A DNA stretch of 63,946 bases, the filler included, from Corallochytrium limacisporum Hawaii (Eukaryota; Protista; Pluriformea), in the NCBI GenBank assembly GCA_002811645.1. It is 6 parts of 6 records of this genome, joined end to end, with 100 filler letters (N's around TTAATTAATTAA, not from the genome) between each part and the next. Parts side by side here need not be neighbours in the genome. Positions count along the whole stretch, not along the records: positions 1 to 5,916 come from PDIP01000010.1; positions 6,017 to 21,395 come from PDIP01000175.1; 4 more parts are not named here. One strand, given 5' to 3'. Each line of letters opens with the position of its first letter. Positions within the stretch are counted from its first letter, which is position 1. Positions 1 to 12,000 of this stretch are shown piece after piece. The notes beneath the pieces were generated by a model, which worked only from the letters and a program-made list of their open reading frames with translations, searched no databases and was not told the origin of the DNA. The translations under genes and the position numbers were made by a program.

Positions 1-580
1 AATTTCTCCCTCCCTCCTTATTCCGGTTGATTAAATGTGATTTGGAGCAATATTTCGACGCAGAGGATAGTAACAAATGCGCGTTGAGAGCGCTGCCCAA
101 GAGTCATGACCCTTTTTTTCATACCCGGATGTGCAGCGATGTAGCGTTCTATCCGGTGAGGTAAGTTGTCCTGACCAGGACTCGTTCTTTCCTCTGTGGT
201 TGGTTTCATGGCTGAGAGGTTGACAGCTTGTGCACGCTTGAATAATCTATATACCAATTTATACGCACAGTGTTGGCAATGCACCCTTGTCGTACACCAA
301 CGGAGGTGCATAGACCACCTGTATAACACCCTATCGGGTTGCCCTGTACGTTTGACTATGGTGTGACCTGCGCCAACGAATTGATGGAACCAAAATTGTT
401 CAATATGAAGTTGTTTCGAGGAAATTTTGGACAACACCTCGACAGCCAAAAGTGTCGTAGTCTGATCCCCTCCATCCTCATCGATATCAGACATATTGGG
501 TGTTAGAGGGTTACGGTGGTTGATATGTTCAGATATTGTGCTAGTCTCGCGTGCGCACAGAAACAACCCGCTTGTGGACG

Positions 581-1722
581 TTACGCCTGACGACCAGGTG
601 CAGAACCTGAATGGCCAGGCGCAGAACCTGAATGGCCAGGCGCAGAACCGGACTGGCCAGGTGTGGAGCCGGACTGGCCAGGGGCAGAACCTGTGCGTCC
701 GGGTGCAGAACCTGACCGGCCTGGAGAATTGGAAGACCTCGGACAGAACTCGCCGTTCGGGCTACAATTGCAGAAGTTACTTTCCGCTACGAGATAGGGC
801 TCATCACTGGCGGAGGGAATAGGTGTGAAGTCCTCCCATGGCTCTGATTTGGCACAGTCAGGAAACTCTTCAAGGACTTCTGATTGTAAATCCGTCCATT
901 GCTCAGGAGTCCAGTAATTCATCCAACAAACATCAACCATGCTATTGGGGTCAGCTGCCGTGGTTTTCTGGCCGGGGTAGTTGACAGAGTCCGGATGGAT
1001 AGCAAGGAAGCGAGCATAGAACATGTTTGGATCATTCTCGTCGACCAGAAACGTGTTGAGAAAGTAGTTTCCTGGTGTTGGGTTCGCAGTAGGATCAACA
1101 CCCAAGAACAGGTCAGTGCCAAGTAGATTTAAGGTATAAACATCCACACCATCAAAGGTAGCGGTTCTAGCCACCCACATACTAGGATCGGACATGCACG
1201 GATCCTGGGTCCAGAGATCGATATTGTTGCCTGCAATAGGTTTCGACTTCACGGCCGACATGAAATCGGTACCTGTGGCATATACACAGTGAGGAGCGGC
1301 ATCTCCGATGTGAATGTAAAAGAGACGACTTCTCCATCACTAAACGTCTCGAACATCCAGTACTTGTCGTCAATAGGATCACCGAAACCTCCAGTTAGCA
1401 TGGGCTGGCAACACTTGATATCGGTACCGGCTCGGTAAGATATCCTGCTCGAGGTTCCAGTGGTTTGTTCGATGCCATCTCTCGCCAAGTGCAGTTCAAG
1501 GAAGCCTTTCACTGGAATTGGGCCTTGAGAGTGCGACACCCATCCATCCGGAATCACTGCAACCCCAGTGTTGTCCCACACGCAGTCAGTGTCCGTTGAA
1601 GGCGCCATTGTTTTGAAAGAGCTGTCAGCTAATGGTTCGGCGTCACGGATATCAATACTTTTTGCATGCGCAGAGGCAAGCAAGGAGAGACTCACCATCC
1701 TGTTGATCAATGTATTCCTCAT
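581..1722 (-). CDS. Secreted Cys-containing protein of unknown family with C-terminal GSAPG heptad repeats; about 380 aa, split by one frameshift
   Basis: ORF 1249..1722 begins with a signal-peptide-like MRNTLINRMVSLSLLASAHA. The frame of ORF 581..1261 stays open upstream of its ATG to about 1336 (FYIHIGDAAPHCVYATGTDF-MSAV). Adding one base to the A4 run at 1318-1321 fuses them (DGEVVS-FYIHIGD). TATAAAA lies 83 nt upstream. Confidence 0.7.
594..719. repeat. 21-bp coding tandem repeat x6 encoding GSAPG-containing heptads
   Basis: Units ccaggtgcagaacctgaatgg, ccaggcgcagaacctgaatgg, ccaggcgcagaaccggactgg and so on start at 594, 615, 636, 657, 678 and 699. Confidence 0.95.
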
Positions 1723-1779
1723 CCTGCCACTCGAAGCCCTTCAGTTCAATGACATTGGTATGTTAGACGTTCTCGTTCT

Positions 1780-1805
1780 GGATCCAGATCCTCGAGACTT
1801 TTATA
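1780..1805 (-). promoter_or_regulatory. Putative TATA box followed by GGATCT-GGATCC
   Basis: Minus strand reads TATAAAAgtctcgaGGATCTGGATCC, 83 nt upstream of the ATG at 1722. Confidence 0.5.
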
Positions 1806-3178
1806 GCTGTGGTGTATACTCTGTTTCCGAATCGTTATTCACTAAAATATATAAATGACTGATAGCTCCGATGGTACCGTTCTAATCCGTTCTTGTCCGG
1901 ACCTACGTAGTTCCCAATATTTCTTTGGCTAATGAGACGAGCCACCGCTTTCGTAAAGGGGTAGGATGATCTAGTGAATTCTCTGCGCATTCTAAGGTAA
2001 ATGGTGTACCATGCTGGAAGCGCTTCAAATGGAAATCAGATAGTGGATTGCAAGGTCTCGGTTAAATGTCAATGAGCAGGATGAGAAGAGTGTGCATGTC
2101 TTTCATTGCTACTATGGCAGAAGCATACCAGAACGGCCATTGGGACTGCTGAGGTGACGACAAGGCGTCAGTATACCTTGGAGTGGCACAAAAGGGGGAA
2201 AGGCACCCCACGACCATAGTGCATGGCGAGGCGATGTGTATCTAGCCTAGGATGATGGTTTCTAGCGATTTACAGGCTTGGGGTTAAAGCGGAGATCAGA
2301 TACGTGCTCGAGGTATATCTTGGTTGCCCCAGGACAACTGTAATACGGTACCAGTAGTGTCGACGCAAAATCAAAAACATCATTTTTCCAGAAAAGCCAA
2401 GGTCCATTGCATGATCAAATTACTGCGATAGTGCATACAGCTATTTAATAATACGTCAGTGTATACAATACACAGTCGTTTGATGAGGTATTGTCGTTTG
2501 TCGTCCCCGTGGTTCCAACGTTTCCTGCACTAAACTGACCTACTACGCGCCGCTACTCTGATGACGTAGCTGAATAGATGGTATATTCTTCAACCATGTT
2601 ACTGTCAGTGAAATGGGAAGTCCGATTTTGGGCCCGATCGTTTGTATGGGGAGGGAGGTGGGAAAGGCGGGGAGAGTCCGTAGAGTTTCGGATCTGTCCC
2701 GAAGTGCTTACATGGGTGACTCCCATGTCGATTTGATATGGACGGGGCCTAATATCCGTTAAGACACTTTGGAGAGCTCTCACTTTACCGGAGCACAACA
2801 CTTGTTCCCTTGTGCTTGTCTTATCATTGTGGAATAGCTTACTGCCTGAAGCGGATGGTGTAAGATGCGCCTTACTTTTATTGTGAGGGTAGTACGGGAG
2901 GGGGCGGAATATGGGTTTTAATGGTTTTGGGCCAAAGTCCGATATCGAATTGACATCGCCTATGCCATGAACGGGGCCCCAATGTCCGCTAAATTTTGGA
3001 GAGATCTAGCAGCCCCTTCCGGGAGTACGTCATTTGTAGCATAGGATTTGGCGGTTCCATCTGATCAAATGTGCACAACCTCACAGTTTGAAACGAGTGG
3101 TGAAGATGAGGCGTGTTCTTGTTGTGAGCACGATCCTCTGAATCGACTTGTGCATGTTCATATCTGTGCAAACAATCA

Positions 3179-3832
3179 TCAGATTGGGCAAACGGGCACC
3201 ACGCTGAGAAGGCACCAAACGTGTTGGTCGGTAGAAGGTATCTCAGCAGGACCCAGGCCGTATTGCATGGTAATTGTTTTGCCATTCCGGTACGTGAATG
3301 CTTGTTCAAAAAGAGGGACTGTCACATTGAGGGCAAGTTCGTCCTCTCCTGTCTGACCGAGTTCAAAGTGCCAGTCCGTACTACCGTCTATGGGGGCCTC
3401 CTCGATGAACTTGTACCAGTCATAGTAGTAGTAGTTCGGCGACTTCGAGCGCAGGTCATAGGTCGTTTTCCCTAACACCAATTCTCCTGAAAGATCCAAG
3501 CCCTTGGTGTAGACGAGTTCGTTGTGGTCGCCGACCAGACGGTAGGTGCTGCAAACGATAAGGGGCTTTTTCATCGCTATGGGAGTTTCGCAGGTCTGGT
3601 CTCCATGACCGTAAGTCGTTTGGTGACCCAAGTATACCTGTGTTGTACGTTCATTTCCGCTACCCATAAAGAGCTCCTGGAGAGCCGTCTCGCTATGGAC
3701 ATAATCGGCGTACTCGCTGGCAACGGATTCGGGAAGCACCTGAGGAATTGCCATTGGTGTTTCGTCGGCAGTAGAGGCCGACGAAACGGCACCAACAGCG
3801 GTTGCAATCATGGCAATCTTGATATTCATCAT
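3179..3832 (-). CDS. Secreted 4-Cys protein of unknown family (paralog of 5188..5817)
   Basis: 217-aa ORF with signal peptide MMNIKIAMIATAVGAVSSA. Motifs VYLGHQTTY..TCETP..PLIVCSTYRL and C-terminal WCLLSVVPVC match the neighbouring ORF. Confidence 0.8.
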   Translation of the reverse strand: MMNIKIAMIATAVGAVSSASTADETPMAIPQVLPESVASEYADYVHSETALQELFMGSGNERTTQVYLGHQTTYGHGDQTCETPIAMKKPLIVCSTYRLVGDHNELVYTKGLDLSGELVLGKTTYDLRSKSPNYYYYDWYKFIEEAPIDGSTDWHFELGQTGEDELALNVTVPLFEQAFTYRNGKTITMQYGLGPAEIPSTDQHVWCLLSVVPVCPI

Positions 3833-5103
3833 GGATATGACAAAGGTAGAACAGTGTAATCGGTTTAGAGTAGTATGATCCAGCCTTCATGGATCAGGAT
3901 TCACTCTTCGTCTTCAGAATCCTGGATCCGTTTAAGTACAAGCACTGTACCGAAAGACTGCCTGCCTAGAGTGATTGGATCTTTGACAATGCTACCATTC
4001 TCATCGCTTCTAGAAAAAAGACATCGAGAGATTGTACAACCATTACTTGTCTTGTGAAGCCATACCGTGCCCCTAACCTTGTCCTGTTTCCATTGTGAGC
4101 AACTGCCGCCTTTCCTGTTCGTTCCCGCAGGTCCCCCACTCTCACCTTTCCTCTCCCCCGAGGGGAGCATGAGGAACCCAATATGTGCATCCCTTCAACA
4201 ACTCTGCACTTGATGATGTCAACCACCGAATACATCGATGCCGTACCGATTCTGTCGCTTAAGCCCATGTCCATCCCATCTTCCGCCTGGAAGATATTAC
4301 CACATTCTGTTGGAGGCTTGTGCGGATGCAATATAATATATTGGTTCCTTTTTAACCACAGTAATGACTGACCGGATACCTGATCCGTCTAGACCGTCAC
4401 ATTCAGCCTCCAGTAATGTCCATCAGCGAGAAACTGGCTATGAGAACTCCGTGTGATCTCATTTGTGAATAAATTTCGGGCCGTGTGCCCTTTAAGTTTT
4501 CTTTGCTGAGTTGTCCTTACTTCAATGCTGGAGCTTCAATAATCAATCAGAGGCGACGGAAGGGTGGGGTTGAGGGGACAGTGCGGTTGGCCGGACAAAA
4601 AATGGGAAAAATGGTGATGGTCGAGCCCCTCAATCTAGTGGATTCTATTGCCATTAGGAGCTTTTTGCAAAAAATGGCCAGTCAATTTTTCTGAGTTTGT
4701 GCTGGGCAAAATCAAATAGTTGCCCAGTTTTGTACAGCAACACACAAAACCCCAAGGGCAGTCAAAAAATTGGAGGGACCACACCCATCCTTATTGCCTG
4801 GGGCGTGGGGAGGGAAATGTGCCTGAGGAATTAACTATACAGTTAGCAACGTGTTCAAAGAGCTTTGTACGTAGAGGATGACACCGAAACGGCAAGACTT
4901 CTCAATTCACACGGCAATCAGCATAGCGAGGGAAACAGGGACCGATTAGATGGGCGACATTGCGATCCACGAAAGGGATTTCCAAATTTCAGTTGACGTC
5001 CAAGGCTATGCTGCCGCCAAGGATGGGCGCCAAAGTTGGAGCTTGTGTTTGATTACACGGGTTTAAGGACACATGAATGAAGGCAAACGAGACTACTGGT
5101 ATT

Positions 5104-5133
5104 TATAAACGTAAACTGCTGAGATCTAGATCT
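5104..5133 (+). promoter_or_regulatory. Putative TATA box followed by AGATCT-AGATCT
   Basis: TATAAA at 5104-5109 and AGATCTAGATCT at 5122-5133; the TATA is 84 nt upstream of ATG 5188. Confidence 0.5.
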
Positions 5134-5187
5134 GACAGCCGCGTAGCATCAAGTAAGCCAATGCTGTCTTTCTTTCACCCTGCAAAT

Positions 5188-5817
5188 ATGTTGTTCAAGC
5201 AAACTGCTTTCGCCATTCTGGTCGCTTCAGCTGTGGCCAACCCGGTCCCTTCTGTCAAAGACGACGTCTCTTCCTCTCTCATCCAATACTTGCAGAGATC
5301 TCTCTTGGGAATCTCACCTGCCCAAACGGTTAGCGAGAAAACTCCCGGAATCTATTTGGGTCCCCAAGAGAGCTATATCGACTGCGGCACTAGGATGACC
5401 GCCACAGAGCCACCCATTGTTGCATGCCTGCAGTATCGCGTGGACGAGGACAACAACAATCGCGTCATGCTTATCGAAGACAATCCATCTCACTTACGAG
5501 TCAACATCAGAGCTTCCTTTCAAGACTATTATCTCCACGAGGTTCACCGCGAAGAAGAGATTTATGCATTGGTATGGCAAGGCGAGGACCAGATGAGCGT
5601 CAACGAACCAAATGAGTTCGGCTTTACGATCAAAAAGGGTGAGAGCAACCCTATTTATGAACGACGCAGCTATACGGACACCACCTTGGTGATGAAAGAC
5701 AGCTCCGGCGCGTACCTCAATGTTTATCGCATAGATGGTTCATTCAAAAAAGAGAACGGAACCATAATTTATCTAACCTGCGCTTATGCTGCTGAGCCCA
5801 TATGCGCAAAACACTGA
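5188..5817 (+). CDS. Secreted 4-Cys protein of unknown family (paralog of 3179..3832), 209 aa
   Basis: Start moved from 5077 to ATG 5188, which opens a signal peptide MLFKQTAFAILVASAVA-NP and lies downstream of a TATA box. Motifs IYLGPQESYIDCGT..PPIVACLQYRV and C-terminal TCAYAAEPIC. Confidence 0.8.
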   Translation: MLFKQTAFAILVASAVANPVPSVKDDVSSSLIQYLQRSLLGISPAQTVSEKTPGIYLGPQESYIDCGTRMTATEPPIVACLQYRVDEDNNNRVMLIEDNPSHLRVNIRASFQDYYLHEVHREEEIYALVWQGEDQMSVNEPNEFGFTIKKGESNPIYERRSYTDTTLVMKDSSGAYLNVYRIDGSFKKENGTIIYLTCAYAAEPICAKH

Positions 5818-5916
5818 GAGACATTTCCATACAAAACACAATACGGTCAATAAACAGGATTCGTCGGTCATGGTCGTGGACAAACCTCTGCCCCATAAGT
5901 TAAGGAGGAATCTGCC

Positions 5917-6016
5917 NNNNNNNNNNNNNNNNNNNNNNNNNNNNNNNNNNNNNNNNNNNNTTAATTAATTAANNNNNNNNNNNNNNNNNNNNNNNNNNNN
6001 NNNNNNNNNNNNNNNN
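5917..6016. other. Artificial contig-joining spacer N44-TTAATTAATTAA-N44
   Basis: An identical 100-bp pattern with stops in all six frames occurs five times in the window. Confidence 0.97.
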
Positions 6017-9000
6017 CTCCCCCGCCCCCCCCCCCCCCCTCCCTCCCCCTTGGGGTGTGGGACTCCGCATGTTTCAAACGAAAAATCAACGGGACTCAGA
6101 AAGAAAAGAAAGGGCAGCGCAACTTGTCTAGTTATGGTGGTGGTGGTGAGGGGAGGTGTGCCCGTGGTGCAGGTAAGCCACGGGTTCCGCCGGAAAAGAT
6201 AGCAAGGAAGACGTAGGTGCCAACACCGCCTGACGCTCCCCTGTTGGCGCGCTCGTGTCACTGTGTTCCTTTTGATACCACTGTTAACCAGGCCGCACAT
6301 ATGCTGCCACATCCAAATTGACTTTATCAGTTGCTGTGGCGTAGGGAATCGTTCTAGGACGAGTCGATCATCCGGTTGGTTCTGACCTGCTGTTGCTGAT
6401 GATTGATGATGGTGACGGTATCAACCATATGATTGCAATTTCGTTTACGCTTCTACCTCATGTCAAACCAATTCTCCTTTGTCAAGACCCCGCTAAGGCA
6501 ACCAATCAGTTGCGGTCCGTCCAGCCACAACTCTCGTCCATCAGTACAGGAGAACGTGCCCCTGGTCGATTACAAAATAACAACCGCTCCGCGGTTCTTA
6601 CTGTTATCAAGACGCAAAGGCTCGCTTTGGACATGGCTTAGTACTAGAACAGAGTTGAATTTGCTCATCGCAGGTGACGCTCCACCACTTTCTACTACAT
6701 TGCATAGGGATGCATGATGCTTTGCTGGTGGGTGATGGGACAAAAGATGGTGCGGAATGCTGACAAGGAGAACAAGTTCTCTGCAACTGCTGTTTACTTT
6801 GATCGCGGCACGTCCACATCATTGCATGGCCGGGCTACTGCAGACACCCCCTGCAGCGTCATTACGTCCCGGCACCGGAGTCGTGGTTCCCGGTCGGGGT
6901 AGTGTCGGGGACGAAGTACACGTAAATTGCCTTGGCCTCAAGTATGCTTCGTGATTTTGCTGAAATCGAATCCCGTCGTGCAGACAAATGTGGTCTGTGC
7001 TGTTAGCGAGTCGGTGTAGTTAGCGTACGGCTGCACGAACCATCCACAGTGGTCCCAACGAGCGGCCAATTCAATGTTGCTCGACCTCCCAAAGAAACCC
7101 CGCTGCTGCAAGATCATCGACGAAGACTCCCGGAATTCGGGCTGCGGTACGCAGGAATTGGAACAGACAAGACAGAAGAAACACCGGAGCTGCGCACCCA
7201 AGCACTAAGAAGGCGGAGTTCTGAGGAGGTCCTGGAGTTGGTCAGTCTGGGAAAGCCGGGGTGGTCCCCGGTGTAGGTTTAAGTTTGAGAATGAGGGGTG
7301 GGGACCAAGAGAACGCGAGGGAGGGAGGGGTGTGTGTGTGTGTGTGTGAGGGGTTGGTGGATGATTTTTCTCGAGCTGGGACCGGGAATGACCGGAATAG
7401 AACACGGACGGAAGGAAGGAAGGAGAATGAAGGGAGGGGGGGGGTGTCAGCTGACACCCTCTTTATGGTGGTCCTGAAACCTGGTGGTGCTGGTGGTGTG
7501 GGGCAGGGGGTTTTTACTACGGGTGGTGCGGTGTCACATAGCCGATATCTCTCCACTACATTACACACACACACATACACTATATATATGTACCGGGGGC
7601 CGGGAGGACACATTCTTGGCGCCCCACCCCAAACCCCCTCCCCAATTCGGGCGGGAGGAGCGGCACTCTTTGGGTACACAGACCGCTTTGACTAGGTCCC
7701 TGCCTTCCCCCTGATTAGAGGGGGTGTATCTGCGCGCGTCTTCCTCGCCCTGTAGCACCCTCTACGTGTCCGTGGAATGAGTTTTTGCGGTGGAGCAGCT
7801 TGTCCCCAGACCGATTGGCTGCAGTTAACTATTCAGTCACTACCTAAAAAATTCGTGCTCTTGGAAACTTGTGACGATAATTCAGAAACGCCAACAAATG
7901 TTCCTCATTTCTTGTGCAAAAGCGAGAATTTCTAGGTCTAATATGGCGATAGACGTATCTATTTTGCTTGCACTTTGATGGCTTATCAGCTGACTTGATA
8001 TTTCGACTCGTTTTTTTTCTCGTGCCCTACCTTTTCCATTGGTGGCCATGTGTGCCTTTTCGGTATGTGTCTCCTTATTCATTGGTGCTGCCTAGCGCAG
8101 AATACTCACTTGCACTTTTGATCTATTCATTCTTTTGTTGCCCCTTTCCATTTTAAAAAGAAAAACATTGTAGGAAGTTGGGGAGTAGCAGTGGTGGAGG
8201 GAGGCGGGGGGCCAACAACCGGGCGGGGAGACTGGGAAGCAGGGGAGAGAGTGCGTGCGTGCGTGTGGGTGATGATGTCTGCTGTCCAGAACGTCTCCCC
8301 ATTAACACAATGCGACCCATCACCATGGACATCACAACCGGAAAGACAACAGATGAAGTTTACAGGCCATCATCAACACACAGATAAACACACTGTTGTG
8401 GGTATGAAGTAAAGGTAATGGAGCCACAGGGGCAGATGGTCTGACCCCGAAGGCCCTCCGGTGTCTGCTGAGAGAATTGAAGAATTTTTTATGTTTTAAG
8501 GCTTCTCCCGTCTGGGAAAACGTGTCTTAGGTCAGTCTGATCCCATACCATTATTATTCGAATGTGCCAATACTCGAATGATGGCCTTATCACGTTCAGC
8601 CTTTGTGAAAGTGAGATCTTGAGCAGAAGAGGCATTTCATGCGTGATCAGAGGTTCGGTTGCCTTCGGCTTCTTCTTTTTTTTCTGATTCTCTTTGTCAG
8701 AAGTTAAATATGTTCATCATACGTAGCCACTTTACTCTCGCTTGGCTCCTCTGAAAAATCAAATCGCTGAGGAACGAGAGAGCAACACCGCGGAATCGTA
8801 ACCTAAGGTTCACGATTCCAGGAATCACGCCCGGTGGCTGGGAAAAATCCAGTTATTTATATATAGACAATCGAATGTGATGTGGGAGACGGCGGGAATG
8901 ATGCAAAATAGTTATAGCATCAACTGCGGCAAACAAAGCCAGACCAACGGAAAAATCTTTAGTTTGGTGAGAGAGTCCGCAAAACCACCAATCCCCCCCC

Positions 9001-12000
9001 CCCGGGTCCCCTCCGCCCACAAAGCAGAAAGGAAAACAGTAGTAAACATACGAGGGCAGGCTTGTTTTCTGGTCGCAGCGCGCCCTTCCCAGGCGCACAG
9101 AACAATCCGCAAGCACTCAATTCATGGTTGGATCAGGCAAGATCGCCGGCCTGTCATTGGCCGGATTGGACGGACAAACATAGACCGGGTGAGCGCGAGA
9201 AAAGCCCCCGGTACCCCCAAGGGCCACGTACGGAGACAACGGTAAGCGGCCCAACTGACTAAGGCCAAAAAGACCCAACGGAGGGTCAGGCGATACACTA
9301 CCAGTGTAAACTTTCTCGCCAATGGCCGTCTTTCGTGTAAAGGTGCCGAGGCAGCAGCAAAAAATATTTTCGTGTTCTTGTTTTTCTCATATACTCACTA
9401 TCAAACTGCCAAGAATTCTGACGTTTACAGCCGGCAGCGGGTGCTGCAGCAGTGACAATGCGGTATTTGACAGTTGATTTGTTCAGCTATAACTTTTCTA
9501 TGGATTTTTTTCGTCCGACGTTGACTACAGTCCCAGACACAAGTAGAATGACCTCTCTCTGTCTGGTGACTTCCGGAAGATGAGGAGCGTCAGATACCGG
9601 TCTAGATTTACAGTATATAAAGTATTGAAGAATTATCTATACAAAGAGTGCCCCGAGAATATTCGGGGCGGAAAGTCTTTAATTCTTCTCCGTGCCCACG
9701 AATGACCTATGATGTCTCGTGTCGCTCTGTACATCGCACATTTTCCAGAATAGTTAACACATGTTCCTATACTTTATTTATCGAAATGAAAGGTAGTCCG
9801 CGGACGATACCCATCGATCTTATTTGGTGCATCTTGTAGATCTCCTGCAGAAGACCGTGAACGGGGTCTGCTGACCTACCAATTCACTATGAGACGGGCA
9901 TATGTATTGAATATATAGTGATTTCACTGTCTAAAGCTCTGCTGTGCGAAAAAGACACCCGGTCCGTTTGTTTACGTGGGGAGTCTTGGTCCTTATTGCT
10001 ATCACCGCCTGCCGCCCGTGCGGCCGACATGAATTCTAGCTACGCCAAGGACGCATAACTTTGTAGATATCCGTACCGTATTTTGATTATAGGGAGAGAC
10101 ATCTGTATCTATGGCGCAGAGGACACGAGCGGGAGGAAACGATCGGGTGCATCTTTTGTTTTGGGGAGGTGCGAGAAGAGAAGAGGAGGAGGGGGGGGGG
10201 GGGGACTGCTGACAAGTTTGGCACTCCACTCAGCGCTGAGTCCATCTGCCAGCGGCGCCGCCGATGGCGGGCGACAGGAAAAAATACGAGAGATTATATA
10301 CAATATATGTATGCGCTGAAGGTCCATCTCACCGAACAGCTGACGGGTAACAACTTTTCGCTCTTTAATCACTGAGCTGCAGCAGGTATGCTGGTGACAG
10401 CAGCAACACAGAAACATCCGCAAGTTGGCGTATTTACGTTTTCTACTAGTTGAATAGTTAACAAAAATTAAGAATCGAGGGACAGTTTGTTCCACGGAGG
10501 CCGCCGCGCGGGGTCGGCGGAGTCTTTAAAATTTCACCAATTCTTTTTTTATCTCCTGTTCACATAAGCAAAAGGAAAGAACGGCAGTGGGTGAGCGCAG
10601 AGAGAGCGAGACCACAGAGACCCGGAAACTTTGTTATTTCATGTGTTTCGAAAAAAAGTTTCTTGAGACCCCCCCCCCCGGGGGGAGGTGGGGGAGGGCA
10701 AAGACTTGGTCGGGACATGAATTGGAGAGGGCGGCAGACGGGGAGGCATGAGAAAGGGAGGGTATCATCGGATGGTTCATAATTGAGGACCGAACATAGG
10801 GGGGAGGGATTCTGTACCCTGAGCTCGTGGCCGCGTGCTAGGCTCGCCCGTCCCCCCCCCCCCCCACTGGTATTCGAAATCCTACGTGTCCGCGACCTAA
10901 CGTACACAGTTTTTAATAGTAAAACGATGAGAGTAGCCAACAATCGGGTCCCTACGGATGCCCACCAGGCCAGTGTTGCTGCTGACACAGACGCACTTGG
11001 CAGCGTGATCATCAATTGGTGATAAAGTTCTGCTCAGCCAAATTTATGGCACATATTAAGTATTGAGTATACAAGTATCTAGAGTTCGGTGGTTCAACCC
11101 TGTCCTTTGAATCTCGCCAGCGTCAGAATTCTCTATCACTCCACGGTCTTTAACACAGTTTGATTGGTAGCACGTTCTCATATGTCACTCTTAAGTTAGA
11201 ACAGATGCGGTTTAATAGTACTTCTAATACCACACCTGACCAAGACACACCTGTCCCATCTCCCAACCACACACACACCGCAGCCAGATGCCGCCGTGTG
11301 TGTGAAGTCTTGAAGACTGACACAGTCTGAAGGGCCGATGAGGGTCACCCCCGGGTTGCTTTCACGGGCTCATCTAAATTTGAGCATCACCGTAACGAAA
11401 AGAGAAATAACACGGTCCCATAAAGAGATTTCAGTACAAACCCGCTACCAAAAGGGCGTTTGTCTGTAAGGGGAGTGAGGAAGGGGAGGGGCACCGAGCG
11501 CTGGTAGGCCCGTTTCTTTTGGTCCCGGCAGCATGGAAGAAACAGAAAGAAATTTTCTGCTCAAACGGGAAGACTGGTTGATGCGCGCGGAGGCGTCGCA
11601 GGAGACGGGAAACAGTATGCGGAGCTTAAGAAACCAGGCCCGTGGCTCTTCCAGTAGTGAATGTATGCGTACTATACTGAACAATCCTTTGCATCCAACG
11701 TAAGCCAAATGGTGCCAGTGCTGGAGAAAGAAAATTTCATCAATTTACGGAGACAAAAATTTATCAGACGGGTTAGATCACCACAGTCGAAAGAGTGCGA
11801 GAAAGATATGATGATTCCTATCCGACCTACAAGACTTCAAGTTTTCCGGCCCCGGTATCCGACCTTCTCCACTTATTTTCTTTATACCTTCCAACTACGC
11901 GAACTCGTGATCGACGATGTGGGTGCTTCTGCGGGTTTGACGATTGGTTGTGCACGAGTTTAAAGAGTCCCCCCAACATTCTGCGCATCCCGCCAACAGT

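Noticed and set aside
18-566. 182-aa minus-strand ORF with an HCQHC motif
   Set aside because: No recognisable family; starts 15 nt after the upstream stop; cannot be supported as a gene or transposase.
496-822. ORF with QNLNGQA repeats
   Set aside because: Antisense reading of the 21-bp repeat in the minus-strand secreted gene.
5077-5187. Longer N-terminus given in the ORF track
   Set aside because: Overlaps the TATA box and precedes a clear signal peptide starting at 5188.
5961-5972. Repeated TTAATTAATTAA palindrome (x5)
   Set aside because: Always centred in 88 Ns; it is an assembly linker, not biology.
6393-7276. Chain of short coding-looking ORFs
   Set aside because: Multiple stops and frame changes with no identifiable homology; might be a decayed gene but unsupported.
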